From: Eledone cirrhosa
Lineage: Eukaryota
Direction of reading: 5' to 3'
Assembly: GCA_964016885.1 (NCBI GenBank)
Contig: OZ024740.1
Span: 106,516,001-106,580,000 of the forward strand
Length of the DNA stretch: 64,000 nt
Below the pieces are notes generated by a model. That model was not told the origin of the DNA. It saw only the letters and a program-made list of their open reading frames with translations, and did no database searches. Shown here piece by piece: positions 1-14,372 of this stretch (position 1 is its first letter; the number at the start of each line of letters is the position of its first letter). Position numbers and translations under genes: made by a program.

Positions 1-741
<741 letters not shown>

Positions 742-742
742 C

Positions 743-1130
743 ACGGGTGTGTATGATTGTGTATAGAAGATTATATTAATAAAAGGAATTCCAACTTTGT
801 CTGATTTACTCGTTTTATTTACAATCCTTTAAAATTTATAATGGTATTATAATGAAATAGTATGGTAGAATATTAAATAAAGTGTTAATTGAACAACTAC
901 TTGTGTGGTGACAGTCAAGTTTGCAATTTTCAACACAGTTGAAAATTGCACACTTGACTGTCACCACACAATATGAACCTGAAGATTGCGAAAGCATGAA
1001 AGTAGTTGTTCAATTAACACTTAACATTTAATATTCTACCATACTATTTCATTCTAATACCATTATAAATTTTAAAGGATTGTAAATAAAACGAGTAAAT
1101 CAGACAAAGTTGGAATTCCTTTTATTAATA
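743..1130 (+). mobile_element. Fold-back PLE pseudo-LTR element with hammerhead; second copy at 46584-46800
   Basis: Arms 774-900 and ~1001-1130 are inverted repeats, with an inner hairpin at 901-971. Near-identical sequence at 46584-46800. Confidence 0.75.
974..1012 (+). ncRNA. Minimal type-I hammerhead ribozyme
   Basis: TGAAC-CTGAAGA-T-TGC gaaa GCA-T-GAAA-GTAG-TT-GTTCA; helix I TGAAC/GTTCA. Confidence 0.7.
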
Positions 1131-1656
1131 TATATATATATACAGAGAGAGAGAGGGGGGGGTATCTGTATCTAAATATCTTTCTCTTTACTTCAAGCTT
1201 TATTCTCACCTTCTTTATCTCATTTCATTATTATATGCGTGCTTCAGGAAAATTATGGAAATATGCAAATGTCTATAGCTATTATGATTCTTTATCCAGC
1301 CATTTTCTTAACAGCAAGGAATCACCAACGTTACACCGTTTTATGCCACTCTAATTATTTCCATAATGAATTACTGATGTAGACAAAAGTAAAGTTGGTT
1401 TTGGCACACTGTCGTCATTCTATGGATAATTACGACTGAAGATTTAATCATTATAATATGAGCACGCATATATATAAATATATATATATATATATCAAGT
1501 AAGAATATTTTCGAAACAGCGAGCGAGTTTTGAGTATTGACGTACATGTACGTCAATACTCATCTTTTTCCATTTCTCCGAGGATTCTTAACCCCACTAT
1601 CAGGGTAAATAATTTTCTTTAATTTCTTTAGTCAAAATATGGCGATAGCTTACATT

Positions 1657-1720
<64 letters not shown>

Positions 1721-1723
<3 letters not shown>

Positions 1724-1941
1724 GGTGAGTCATAAGTAAGTAAGTGAGTCCAATATTTCTATTGAAAATGATAATATATACGAAAGTTCTGATTATATAT
1801 TACGAAATTATAAATGTATATAACAAAAGTAGTTACAAAATATAACCATGGCTGATCACACAAATAAGCGGTTGTTCAAACACGTATCTGTGAACCTTGC
1901 AACAAAAATGGTTTCACTGCCCAGTTACTTATGACTCACTG
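1721..1941. mobile_element. Tc1/mariner-type MITE
   Basis: TA-CAGGGTGAGTCATAAGTAA ... TTACTTATGACTCAC terminal inverted repeat next to a TA run. Confidence 0.65.
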
Positions 1942-1948
1942 TTCATAT

Positions 1949-2060
<112 letters not shown>

Positions 2061-2189
2061 AGCCGCGCCTCAAGTGACCCTGATCGATAAAATGAGTTCT
2101 AGTTCTAATCATTAAGTCCTACTTTTTTTCAGATCCAGGATTGTTTTTTATCAAGACAGTAGTGTATAATTTGAAAGAGCTGACGGGTG

Positions 2190-3069
2190 TAAAATCAGAC
2201 TAGAAATCGACTAGAATTCGTAGAGGACATGGTGTTACTTAACTCGACAAAAGGTGACCCCGAATTGCATTTGATAAGTTTGATGCTGAGAGCTGCATGG
2301 CTGGAACGAAAATTAGTGCTGCGAAAACTGAGACACTCGTCCTCGCTAGGAAGCCTGCACAGTGCACTCTACATGTGAATGGAGTTCCAGTGAAGCAAAT
2401 GGAGACGTTCAAGTATCTCGGAGCCGTGTTCACGAGTGATGGAAGGCAGGAGGTTGAATTAAGTACAAGAATTGCAGGAGCTGGTGCAGTAATGCACTAG
2501 CTTCAGCATTCATTAATCAGAAGAAGGGAGATAGGCGTAGAAACCTAACTCGCTATCTTCAATTTTGTATTTGTGCCAACCCTTATCTATGGTCAAGAAT
2601 CTTAGGTAATACCCGAAAGAATACGATCGTGAATACAAGAGGCCGAAATGCGGTTCCCCCGAATGGTCTTTGGAGTAACGTTACTCGATAGAGTGCGTAG
2701 CTTAGAGATCAGAGTCACTCTAGGTAGAGCCGCTACTTCTCCGAATTGAGAGATCACAGCTCCAATACTATGGGAACGTGGTTAATGTTTCGCTGGACAG
2801 ATTTTACGGGCCAAACCAACCGGTTGGAGACCCAGGGGTAGACCCCGTGCAAGATAGTTGGATAACATCCATGAGCTTGACTGGTCTCGCTGGGGGGTCC
2901 AGTCGGATCAGTTGGAGAAGGTTTCTTGACAGGACCCGCTGGAAAGAGTGTCTGAGGATTCTGCCGCCAAGACCCGCTCAGGAATATGTGCGCGAAGAAG
3001 AAGAAGAAGAAGAAGAAGAAGAAGAAGAAGAAGAAGAAGAAGAAGAAGAAGAAGAAGAAGAAGAAGAAG
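2190..3069 (+). pseudogene. 5'-truncated RTE-type LINE 3' end with (GAA)n tail
   Basis: ORF 2297-2500 has FKYLG...ELSTRI (RT C-terminal region); many stops downstream; (GAA)n at ~2995-3069. Confidence 0.8.
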
Positions 3070-3482
3070 ACAAATGTTTACTGGTTTTCTACTTTCCTAT
3101 GATCTCATTATTTTCTTATTTAGTTCCTGATGTTGTTTTACTATGTATATCTTTGATGCATTGTGTGTGAGGTTGTCCTTGGTTTTTAGCAGAAAGCTTT
3201 TCTCTACTGTTGCCTTGTGGGAGCTATTGTTGTTAGGGGTGTGCAATATATTCCACTTGCGGGCCACCTTTTAACATTGGAACATCTATTAGGGCCAGTC
3301 ACTGTCAAAAATATGTAATCTAATGAAAACCAGTGAATTGAGTCATAAATACATTGTTAATACATTTTTAAACAATAACGACAAATAAAATATAATTTAG
3401 TTTTATTAATGTGAGGTATTTGGTGTTTTTGTACAATTTATCAATGTCTGGTTTTTGAAGATGTTATTTTCGGAGTTTTAAT

Positions 3483-3668
3483 AATTGTTTCTACTTTTGG
3501 CACAATGCCAGTAAATACCCAGTGCATTACTGGTACTTTATTTTATCGACCCCGTAAGGATGAAAGGCAAAGTTAACTTCGGCGGGATTTAAACTCAAAC
3601 CGTAAAGGCCCGTAACTCCATGCTGCAAAGCATGGCGTCCAACCCTCTACCGATACTGCCAATCCATA
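3483..3668 (-). mobile_element. tRNA-head SINE (window-wide family)
   Basis: Reverse complement of the 31158-31342 copy: B-box-like gagtttaaatcc, core gcctttcatccttacggggtcgataaa. Confidence 0.85.
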
Positions 3669-6055
3669 ATGAATTATAAATAGAGCTTTCATGAGATATA
3701 ATCTCATTTTATGGATGGCTTATAATATTAAAATCCGATTTAATAATCGCATGTTTGACAATGAAAATGAGACATTTTAGTGTAGTGAAAGAAATTCAAC
3801 ATGTGTAAAATAAGGGCACTATTATTTTTAAAATATGCAATAGATGCAAAATTTATTTTTACATAAGCAAAATTTACTTTAATGGATGAAAATTTTATTA
3901 ATCACACATATTATTTTTAAGACCCGTTTATTTTTTTTTTGTTATGCCCGCTTATTTTTTTAAGCTCGTTTATTTTTTTTTTAAGCTTTTATAATACATG
4001 TTACCCGAAGTATTATATCAGTTTGAATTATCGCAAAGGCGAAAAAGAAGGCTCAAAAGTACAATTTTGAAGAAAGTTAATTGATGGTCTGTCTTATAGC
4101 AAGTATAAGAAATTAATAATACATTTCATTTTATTAGAAACTTAACTATAATCAACAATAGTAACTGTATAAAGAAGTTCTTCAACCTTTGAATTAAAAA
4201 TAAATTCTTTTTGTGTAACACGTTTGAAAGTAAAAAATGCGGTAAAAGAGAACTTATTCTTTTCTTTGAATGTTAGTTCTTTTTCATAACCCGTTTAGGA
4301 CTTTTAACTTTTTATTTAACAATTTTTCCATTATCAATATAAAATTATTACAACGGGCATTTAAATAATATAATTTCATTCATATTTATTTATCATTATT
4401 CCAAAGATTCACCATAACTTCTTTCCATAACATGGAACTGGGAAATTATAACACATAACCCTACCAGTGAAGCCCTTTAGTATAGCGGGCCGGATTGTAG
4501 CCCGCGAGCCGCCTGTTGCCCGCCCCTGGTCTACACGGTTTAAGTTAGTGACTTTTCTGGGGTTGTATTTTATGGATTGATCATTTTTATTTTTTTGCAT
4601 AAGTATGCTTTGAGGATAACGAATATGTAGTTAGAGGATAATTACGTTTGTTTTTCTCATGTGGTTGTAGTGTAATGTAGAAATATATAAAGCTGAGGTT
4701 GGTTTCTGGGGAGGAGTTATTGAGGTTAGCTTGGTGAGATATGTTGATGTATTGTGGGAGTTGTTTAGAATATAAAGGAAGTTTAGTTGTGATGATATTG
4801 TATTCCCGCCTATTGTATTATTTTGTAAAAGCATTCTGTATAATAATTTCATACAAATGGGATTAGAGTGCATGTATTTTATTGAAGGCAAATGACGTAA
4901 TAACTGCCAAGCGTGAAAGTGGGAAACATTTGGGAATAAACGCTTGCGTATTTCTTCTTATATGAAAGAGAAATTAGTTTTCGCTGCATAATCTATGGAG
5001 TTGAAGGTAGTATGAGAAGGCATAATTTCCTCGAGGAATGAACATAGCATTTTTCAAGTGATCTAGAGAAATGTGTGTGTATTTGCCGGTGTGTTTGTCG
5101 GTAAATTTGCATTTGAGCCTGTGTAAACTAATTCTTGTATGAAAGATGAAATGGATATAATGCTGATGAATCAAACGCTATCGAAAAATATCATATCAAA
5201 ATTCAAATTGAAATGTTATTGATTGCAAATATGAATAAATTGCAAATCTTTTCTATAAAATATGTTGCATGAAATTGTTTACAATTTAGTTTGCGTTTAT
5301 GATTTGAACATTTATCATCAAACAAGAGAGAAAATGTATGAAGGATTTATTTGATGAGATGTATGCGATAACAGAATAAAATTATGATTGTTATAAATTA
5401 CGATGATAATCATTTATAGATGACTAGTTAGAACTATCCACCTCCTAACTGAACGGTTCAATGTTTCAACAGTGTATACTCCCGTCAGCGGACCTATGCT
5501 GTATCATTACCAAAACATCGGGTTCAGTCCATTTAGATCTAGATACCATGCCGTATAATTAGCAGTTGTTTATAACTAGTTTCTTACAAAATAATGGGGA
5601 TTTATTTGGTGCAATTAGATACAATCGATTGAATCAAATCCCATTATAGACATCTATTTTATTGATACTGGAATGATCAAAGGGAAATTCAGCCCCAGTG
5701 TGATTTGAGTTCTGAACGGTAACCCTGGTTATCGACTTCCTTGATAGTGGATGCTGGAAACTGATCACTGACCTTTGACCTCTGATCTTGATCGGACGAA
5801 CGACAACAACCTAAGACTGGAACAGTCTCAGACGCAAGAAGAAACAGAAGTTCTGAACTAAACAATTAATGTAGTCGGTCACTTTACCGTATCGGCTGCC
5901 ATTATTGCTATCCAGTGTATTGTTATAGTTCAGCACTAAGTTAATCCCTATTTTTGTCTCTGGAGAAGGCAGCAGAAAATTGTTGTAGTAAACAGTATTA
6001 CGTTACCATAGTCCTATATTCATATCACATTCAGCAATAAGTGTTTACTAGAGCA

Positions 6056-6185
<130 letters not shown>

Positions 6186-6232
6186 AGAGAGAGAAATCTT
6201 TATTTGCCACAAGATAGATAGATAGATATGAG

Positions 6233-6281
<49 letters not shown>

Positions 6282-7156
6282 ATTTTGCTAGAGAACGGGT
6301 CGCAGGTGCCAGATATTGATACGGCCACCAGATGTGATGGCTAGTTGCGATGTATGAAGGCACCTGTCAGATTAATAAGCAACTCCAAGGGAAATGGGGT
6401 CATGGGTGACACCTTTAGCTCCCAAGAAAACTCTCACAACCCAATGATGTAGCTATGATGAGGCGAGTAAAGGCCGCCTCTAAAAAGCCTAGTTTTCGCG
6501 GGTTTGACAAAGTACCAGATTAGTGACTGGCGTGAATAAGACCACAAAAATACTGCAATATGGTGAGACACAATGGGTTAACAAGCGACGTGTCCAAGCC
6601 ATAGGTAGAGGGGCCTATTTGATCTTCGTATTTAACATAAATATGCATGTCAGGTTTTCATAGGGGTCTGTACTACTAACCATTCTCATGGAAACAACAT
6701 GCTTATTGTTTGCATTACGTACACAAAATATCATGTTTCCATCTGTTTATGTATCATGCAAAGTCACTCCTTAGATGATGCTGGCATATTCTGATTATGT
6801 CTCTTAATAACACTGGCTTTTGCTATATTGGTGTTTATGGAATTGGTCTCAAGAGCATGGTTCTACGTTTCAAACATCTATTGATCTTCCATAATGAGAA
6901 CTATGTTATCTGTATATTGAATATTTCCTCCAATATATAATAACTATAACAAAAAGACGGAATTCTAAGAGAGAGAGAGAGAGAGCGAGAGAGAGAGGAG
7001 AGAGGAGAGAGAGAGTGAGAGTGAGAGAGAAAGACCTATCTATCTATATATCTATCTATATAGATAAGCAAGAAAGTAAGTGTTGGTAAAATCCAGTACT
7101 TCAGTATGCAGAGAGGGAGCACTCAACTAAGATATAGGTTCCGGAGTTATAATAGT

Positions 7157-7565
7157 GACGAAACATAAGTCAATTGCATGGACTCATAATCCTTTATTTA
7201 CTGCTATATATATATTTCGATGATAGCCATTGAATGGCTATGACCTCATCAGGCAGTTAGTCAGTTCTTAGATATGCCAGCTCTGTGTTTATAGTGTTGA
7301 TGGTATCAGAGCCTTGGGACATATGAGCTTGTTAGGAATAATTTAATGTTGTCAGCAGGAATAGTCTTAATTCTCATTGGTCAGTTTGTAGATGCTAGTA
7401 GGTTTGGTATTTGGCCTCAAAGAGGCAGGTGGTCTTGTAAAGTTCAAACTGTTAGGCAAGGTGACAATAGATCCATATGACTGATTTTCACAAAAAGCAT
7501 TCCTGGTCAGATATATATTCAATTGAGGTTAATAGTATGAAATAGATACTAGAGGTCATTCTTAA
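7157..7565 (-). mobile_element. PLE 3' fragment with hammerhead; second copy at 52741-53143
   Basis: High identity between the two copies; decayed endonuclease C-terminal tail-like coding (...TLPNSLN) followed by an HHR. Confidence 0.7.
7200..7257 (-). ncRNA. Type-I hammerhead ribozyme
   Basis: Minus strand ACTGC-CTGATGA-GGTC-ATAGCCATT c AATGGCTAT-CATC-GAAA-TATATATA-TA-GCAGT; the copy at 52785-52840 keeps helix I via a G-U pair. Confidence 0.8.
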
Positions 7566-8403
7566 GTTGAGGAATTTATAAGGAGTGATACTAGTGAAAA
7601 TTATGGTTAGAGTAGAAGACTAGAAAATTTACAAATAAAGAAATTTACAAATAAAAATACTTATGTAGGTTGACTTGCACATACACTCACACCCACCTCC
7701 ACCGACAGAGACACACATCCACACATACAAATTAAGGAATTAATGTGGGGTGGTATTACTGAAAATAATGGTTGGAGTCAAATACTTAGAGAATTTAGAA
7801 AGTTTAGAAATAAAAAGACTTATGTTGGTTGACTTGTACATACACTCACACCTACCCCCTCAGACACACACACATCTACACACACAAATCCATACAGGTG
7901 TGTATATATATATATGTACGCACAAGTGCATATATATATACAACATAGGCCCCCATATCCAAGTATAAGGCAGACATAAAACTAGGTGGGTGTTATTTTT
8001 AAAGAAAAGTAAAGTAGATGTTTGGAAAAGTTTTTGTTTAGACTAGACAAAAGTAGAGTGTGATATATATCTGCACAGCAATAGCTTGGGGGCTTTGGAG
8101 CTTAGGCGAGTCCCTTAGTACAGACATACATACCCACCCACATTTTTATACTTTTGGATGCTCGTGTATGTCTATATACACATGTGCACTCATACAACAG
8201 AGCATATACAAACATACTCTTAAGCATACGCTCGAACATTTTTCAAATCCAACCTAGGGTATTGGTATTTCGTTGCGTTCACATGAGTGTGTACATTCAC
8301 GTAATTCCAGCATACACACTCAATGCACGGTTGTGGGCACTCATTTAGGCACTCATTAATAAAGAAAAAAAAAATGTTCTTCCTAATGATCATTTATTTT
8401 TCT

Positions 8404-8460
<57 letters not shown>

Positions 8461-8487
8461 TAAAATGTGGAGGAGCACACGAGTTGG

Positions 8488-8530
<43 letters not shown>

Positions 8531-9931
8531 GGGAGAAAAAAATGATTATTAGGAAGAAACATTTTTTTTTCCTTTATTTTTTTCTCTTTTTTCTGGGTTA
8601 GAAAATGTTTAAAACAAAATATTTTGTGAAGTGTTAAGGTATTAGTTAATTTATTTATTTATTAACAATAGCATTTTTTTTTTTTTTTAATGATTATCAA
8701 TTACTGGTTTCGGCATTTTATGCATTATCAAATTATGTGAGTGGGAGAGCAAAAAAGGGGAATTTGTATTGGTTAAGGTGATGTCGAACATGTTATTGAA
8801 ATTAGAAAGAAAGAATAATGTTATTTACAAACAAGGTTTTTGAAGTCAAAAAAGGGTGATGTGGAACTTGATGAAGTAATGAGAAAGAAAGAATAATATT
8901 ATTTACAAGCATTGTTTTTTTGAAGATAAACAGTTCAAAAAATGTTATTATGGTACGAACGCTTAAAGAAGTTGATCCATGATGGTGGCAATTGTCCGTC
9001 TGGGATTGGATGTGTTTTCCCTTTTTAGAGATTTAATATGCAGGGGGAGGTAATTCAGGGTGGTCGGGTAGTAGAAAGAGAGGAGAGGGGGTAATTCATT
9101 TATATAAGAAAAAGGATTAGGTATGTAACTCTTTAGAGAACGTAGGGATTTTGGACTATGGTTCATTTTTCGTTCCAGTTTTAGTTTAGTCCGAAGTTTA
9201 GTCCATTAAGTAGAGGTTGGAATTTGTTAATCAAATACGTTTCCTTATTAGTACGATGGATGAAAGAAGCGTTGTCTATGAATTTGTAAATGGAGAAAAT
9301 TCTAAAGTTTGGTAGTTAGGTGCACAATTGGCGATATGTTCACTAAAAGCAATCTTTCTGTATTCCTGTATTTTGATTTGTGATCTATGGACGGTCATAC
9401 GTTGTCGCGGGCTGTTTGTTGTATGTCCTATGTAGTGCCCTCGACAACCTGAGTAGGTCAAAACATAGATTACGTTTTCGGATGCACATGTAAAGTTGTA
9501 TTTAACTGTGAAGTGTTGTCCTTGTTTAAAGTGGGATGTTGAACCCTCTATTAGATTTATGCATATACCACAGTTGGGCCTTCAGCATTTTTTTACTGTG
9601 GGGTTCATCGTGAGGGTTGGTTGGATTTGGCTTGTGTGAGGATGTTTTTTATGGATTTAGGTTGTCTTTTGCTCTTTATGATGTTGTGTGTTTGGTGTAT
9701 TTTATTCCTTCTTGTGTCTCTTTTTAGTAAAGGAATGTTCTGGAGGATGGTGTCGAATGCCTCATTGTTGTGGGGGGTTGTGTGTGCTATTCTTAATTAA
9801 TAAATAAATTAACTAATACACTTCACACACACTAAAATATTTTGTTTTAAATATTTTCTAACCCAAAATAAAAGAGAAACAAATAAGGAAGAAAATATTT
9901 TTTTCTTCCTAATAATCGTGTTTTTTCTCCC
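8531..9931 (-). mobile_element. Neptune-type PLE 3' fragment (GIY-YIG relic) with inverted terminal copy of its 3' end
   Basis: FTCASENVIY..YIGHT..RQRMTVH relic at ~9280-9500; ~9790-9931 is the reverse complement of 8531-8672; (AT)n on both sides; same family as 39280-40660. Confidence 0.85.
8698..8735 (-). ncRNA. Hammerhead variant with U3-A8 core
   Basis: TAAT-TTGATAA-T-GCAT aaa ATGC-C-GAAA-CCAG-TA-ATTG. Confidence 0.55.
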
Positions 9932-10211
9932 TATATATACATATATATATAAATATACAGGGGGTCCACGCTAGCATTGCAAGAGCCCACAGTAGCATTT
10001 TAGGGGCCAATGCTTTGCTTTCAAAAAATACCTGAAATCTAAGAGAAAGAATAAAATTTTAAAAAAATAAATAAAGCAATTAAGCAAAGCATTTGCTCAA
10101 CCAATTTCCCAGGGAATTACTAAAAACCAAAATATAGTGTAGATAACTGCAATCAGTGGTTGTACATTCTACTAAATCTAAAGCATGCAAACATACATAT
10201 ATAGACACAGA

Positions 10212-12291
10212 TACACAAGCATATATATATATCGTCTCCCCTTCCCCCCGGTTCCCTTCCCTGTTCCAGGCCCCGTTGCAACACCTGTCCTCACATCGCC
10301 AACACGACCATCTTCTAGGGTCCCAACGGCCACTCTCTCTCTGTCCGGCATGCTTTCCGCTGCACCTCCTCCAACCTAGTCTATAGACTTCGCTGCACGG
10401 ATTGCAGCGCAACCTACGTCGGACAGACTGGACGTTGCCTGGCGGACCGGTTTACCGAAAAACCTCCGAGATATTCGTCTCGGTGGTAGTTCCCCCATCG
10501 CCCGCCACTTTGGTGCCCCTGGACATTCCGCGCACCACCTCACAGTCTGTGGCCTACTCCAATGCCACGGAACACCCGCCACTCTCCTCAGGGTCGAACA
10601 ACGAACCATCTTCACCCTACAGTCCCACACTCCCCCCGGCCTGAACTCCCCACCCTTATCCTTTAGCCTTTGACCGCCCTCCCCCACACATATCCCCCAC
10701 TAACACCACTAACACACTCCTCCTTTTCACCGCCCACCCCACAACTAACAATACTAACACCTCCACCCCACACCCGACCACCCTTCCCCAACTAACATAC
10801 TAACATCTCCCCCCTCCCCTTATCACAGGCACACACCCACCGGTACATATATACACGCGCTCACACTAAACACACACCCTACTACCACCACTAACCCTCA
10901 TCCCCACACATCCACCCCACCACCCCGCAACTAACATCACTAACACCCCCCGACCCCACGCACACGAACACACACACCTACTTACACCACCCACTCTACA
11001 CGCAACTAATATCACTAACACCTCCCAACCCTACGCACACGAACACACACACCCACTTACACCACCCACTTACACCACCCACTCTACACACCCTACCACC
11101 ACTGACCCCCACTAACACCCGCATTCAACCCTTTCCCCACCACCAGTATACTAACACCCACTAACACCCACTTCACCACACACACACTCATGCAAACACG
11201 CACACACACACCAGTACACTACACTCCCTCCACCGGCCCCCACACCCTTCTCTCCCCGCTCCACCCACACCCTTTCTCACACACACACACATCCCACTAA
11301 CACCTCTACTAATACACACACACCCTCCTCACTCCAACTTTCACACCTACCCATCCTCTCCCCTGTCCACCGCACCTCCGCACACACTGACACACCGACT
11401 TTCTTCACTTACCATTCTCCCCGACTGCTGCTATGCCCTGAATCTCTGACCACCTCCCCGCACACAACCCTCTTCCTGCCTTGACCCTCTGACCACTTCC
11501 CGTTGCGGGCGCACCCCACATCTCCCCTCTTCCGACCAACCCAACCACGGATTACACACATTAGACATCGCTCCCAAGAATCAACCACATCCCAAGGAAA
11601 TTACCCAGCATTCCACCACATCCTCTACGGAACTACCTTAGGGACTCACCCACTGACATACACTCAAAAAAAATGTTTTTCCCACACGCCACCTACATCC
11701 ACAACATGTATAAACACCACACACACGTGCGTACCACCACATATTTACACACTCAGCCTCGGGAATCCTCTCCCCCACCCCTCTGACCCCTCCCCATCCA
11801 CACACGCACACGCACACCGACCTACTCCCCACCCCACACACACCTTTTTGCTGAACATGCAACACCGTTCTTCCCCCAACTCTTACTTTCACATACACAC
11901 AGACACACACACACGTACACCTACACACACACACACACACCACATTCAGCCCTCCCCGCTCGGACACCCCGCCTCCCTCTCCGCACTCCACCCGCCACCA
12001 CCCCTACACGCCCAACACCTTTCCAGCACCTGTTTTACTTCATGTTTATTTTTATTTTTATTATGCTTTTATATTTAATTTCATTTGTACCGTTTCCTCT
12101 CACCTCCTTTTTTCTATATGTCTCTCCACCACTCCCCTACACACCCTTGAAACTCTCTTCCCACACACTTTTCACCTGAAGAAGGGCTTATGCCCGAAAC
12201 GTTGTTCCCCACCACCACCCCACTCTCAAAAGCGTGAAACTAATAAACCTTTGTTCGTACTGCCTCTCTGTTTTGTTCCCGTTCAATTTTT

Positions 12292-12295
<4 letters not shown>
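10212..12295 (+). mobile_element. Neptune-type PLE 3' part: endonuclease C-terminus, ~1.4-kb C/A-rich 3' UTR, HHR-like motif
   Basis: ~10495-10650 reads PIARHFGAPGHS..VEQRTIFTLQSHTPPGLNSP, paralogous to ORF 43116-43343; CTGAAGA-AGGGC ttat GCCC-GAAACGTT at 12176-12203. Confidence 0.75.
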
Positions 12296-12337
<42 letters not shown>

Positions 12338-12422
12338 GTACACACGAACTACTGACCAAATAATATTTAGTATCAATGGGTTAAAGACATCTGCCAAATC
12401 AATTAGTGGTGAAGGTGGTCTT

Positions 12423-12469
<47 letters not shown>

Positions 12470-12559
12470 GCAGCAATGTGAATAAAGCCCTTATTGTATA
12501 GTCAACCATGTCACAAACAGGTCTTTCACACTCACTATGTATATATATATATATATATA

Positions 12560-13515
12560 TATTGTTATACTTTGGGAGGGTCATGTTGCCAATAAGAAAC
12601 ACACGCACCAGTTGCTTTCACTTCAATTTATTATAATAAATTTATAATAAATTTATAAATTTATAAATTTCTGGTTTCTGGTTGGTTGGTTCGTTCCACA
12701 ACCAGATAGTTGTTTATATATTGTCATAGTTCTTTCGTCACACACTCTGTGACCTCTTCAGTGACTGGGGATTCCTTTCTTTGTTTCTGTGCCTCTCCTT
12801 TGTTCTGTCCTACGCCATTTTGTTTCTGTGTGTGTGTTGTGTGCTCAGTCTGCGCATGCGCCACATCCGGGTGTCTGTGTGTGTTTATGTTCATTTATTT
12901 ATTTGTTTATTTACATGTTACTGGTTGGTTGTTTGTTCTATGTGTGTGTGTGTTTTCATTTTGTCCTTAATTGTAAGTTGTGATGTTGCTGTTCCACTCA
13001 TATTTTCTATTTAATGTTGGTTGTAATTCTTTTATGTTTATTGCCTCTGTAATGTGTCTAAACATTACGTCTTTTCTGTGTGTAGATTCTATTTTTATTT
13101 CTATGTTCTCTAATTTACCCTTGTGTTCTATTTTAGCATGTTGGTAGAGTACAGATGATTCTTTACTATCTTGAAGGTCTCGCCAGTGTTCATTTATCCG
13201 TTCCCCTACACTACGAGCTGTCTCACCTATGTACACTATATTTTTGTCTCTACATTGTCCTTCAGTACATCTTATTCTATACACTACATTTCTAGTTTTA
13301 CAGTTAATATGGGGGCTTATTTTACAGGTTATACATTTCTTATCTATACATGAGGGTCTTTGAAAAGGGTATGTCTTGCTAATAAGTGTTTTTACGGAGG
13401 TACCAGGTCTTTCTACTATCTTAATATTGAGTTTATGTTTATTTAGGGCCCTTCTAAATTTGTAAGCTAATTCACCTCTAGGGGTTGTATCGATGAACAT
13501 TACACTCTGGTATTT
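12560..13515 (-). mobile_element. 5'-truncated copy of the 33.2-35.9 kb PLE (GIY-YIG domain and 3' UTR)
   Basis: ORF 12967-13530 is near-identical to the C-terminus of ORF 34087-35526 (NVVYRIRC..YIGETARS..RINEH); HHR at 12723-12765. Confidence 0.92.
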
Positions 13516-13560
13516 ATACATGTGAAACAAAACGAGGATGTAGTTTATGGAACACCCAAA

Positions 13561-13994
13561 TGATTTAGAAGTCGTCCTTAAGTAGGAGCAATAACATTAA
13601 GAAAGACATGAACGACACCACAAAATTTTGAAAGTAGGTTTATAAGTAGGAATTTTCATAAGACTTTCGTAGTTGTCTCTGTGGTCTAGCGGTAGGTACT
13701 GGAGATGGTGGATATCCTGGCCTTGGGTTCAATCCTGGCCAAGAGGTACATGTAACCTTTTTCAATTTTTTTTTACAACCGCTAGAAAAAACTGAAAAGG
13801 TTTACCTGAAACCCTACTCCTGACCAGGATCACCACCGTCTATGATTCCTCCAACTAGGCCACCGAGACAGCTACGGAGGTATAATGAAAATTGATAATT
13901 ATAAACCTACTTTCAAAATCAAAGTTAAAAAGATGTGGTGTTGTTCATGGTTTTCCTATAGCTATTAGTAATATTAAGGGTCGACTTCTGGTCA
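13561..13994. mobile_element. Imperfect palindromic MITE-like element containing a tRNA-like segment
   Basis: Long imperfect inverted arms (catgaacgacaccac/gtggtgttgttcatg; ttttgaaagtaggtttataa/ttataaacctactttcaaaa); A-box TGGTCTAGCGG and B-box GGTTCAATCC at 13682-13735. Confidence 0.6.
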
Positions 13995-14226
13995 TAATTG
14001 AAAGTCTCTGGATTTCGCAAAATACATAATATTTTTTATTGGAGAAGGTAAGATTTTTTCAAAAAAATTTGATTGCACTGTTTTATTTCCAATTATGTAT
14101 TTTTCGAAAATGTTATTTATTCATTATAAAAATTAAATGATAGCATTCTATATGTAGGTGGGTCCCCTTCAGTTCCTGGCAACCAATATTTTTAGACCCA
14201 GTCCACCACTGTGTATATATATATAA

Positions 14227-14314
<88 letters not shown>

Positions 14315-14372
14315 ATGTATGTTTGCGGCGCGTGTATGCATGCATGTATATATACATGCATACATACATACA

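Noticed and set aside
4460-4536. Complete hAT MITE (end ...gttgcccgcccctg; another hAT-like end near 29298)
   Set aside because: Only one terminus found in each case; no matching TIR or TSD identified
11503-12078. 191-aa His/Pro/Thr-rich protein
   Set aside because: Compositional artefact of the G-poor PLE UTR
13675-13745. Functional tRNA gene
   Set aside because: Acceptor and anticodon stems pair poorly; embedded in a palindromic repeat
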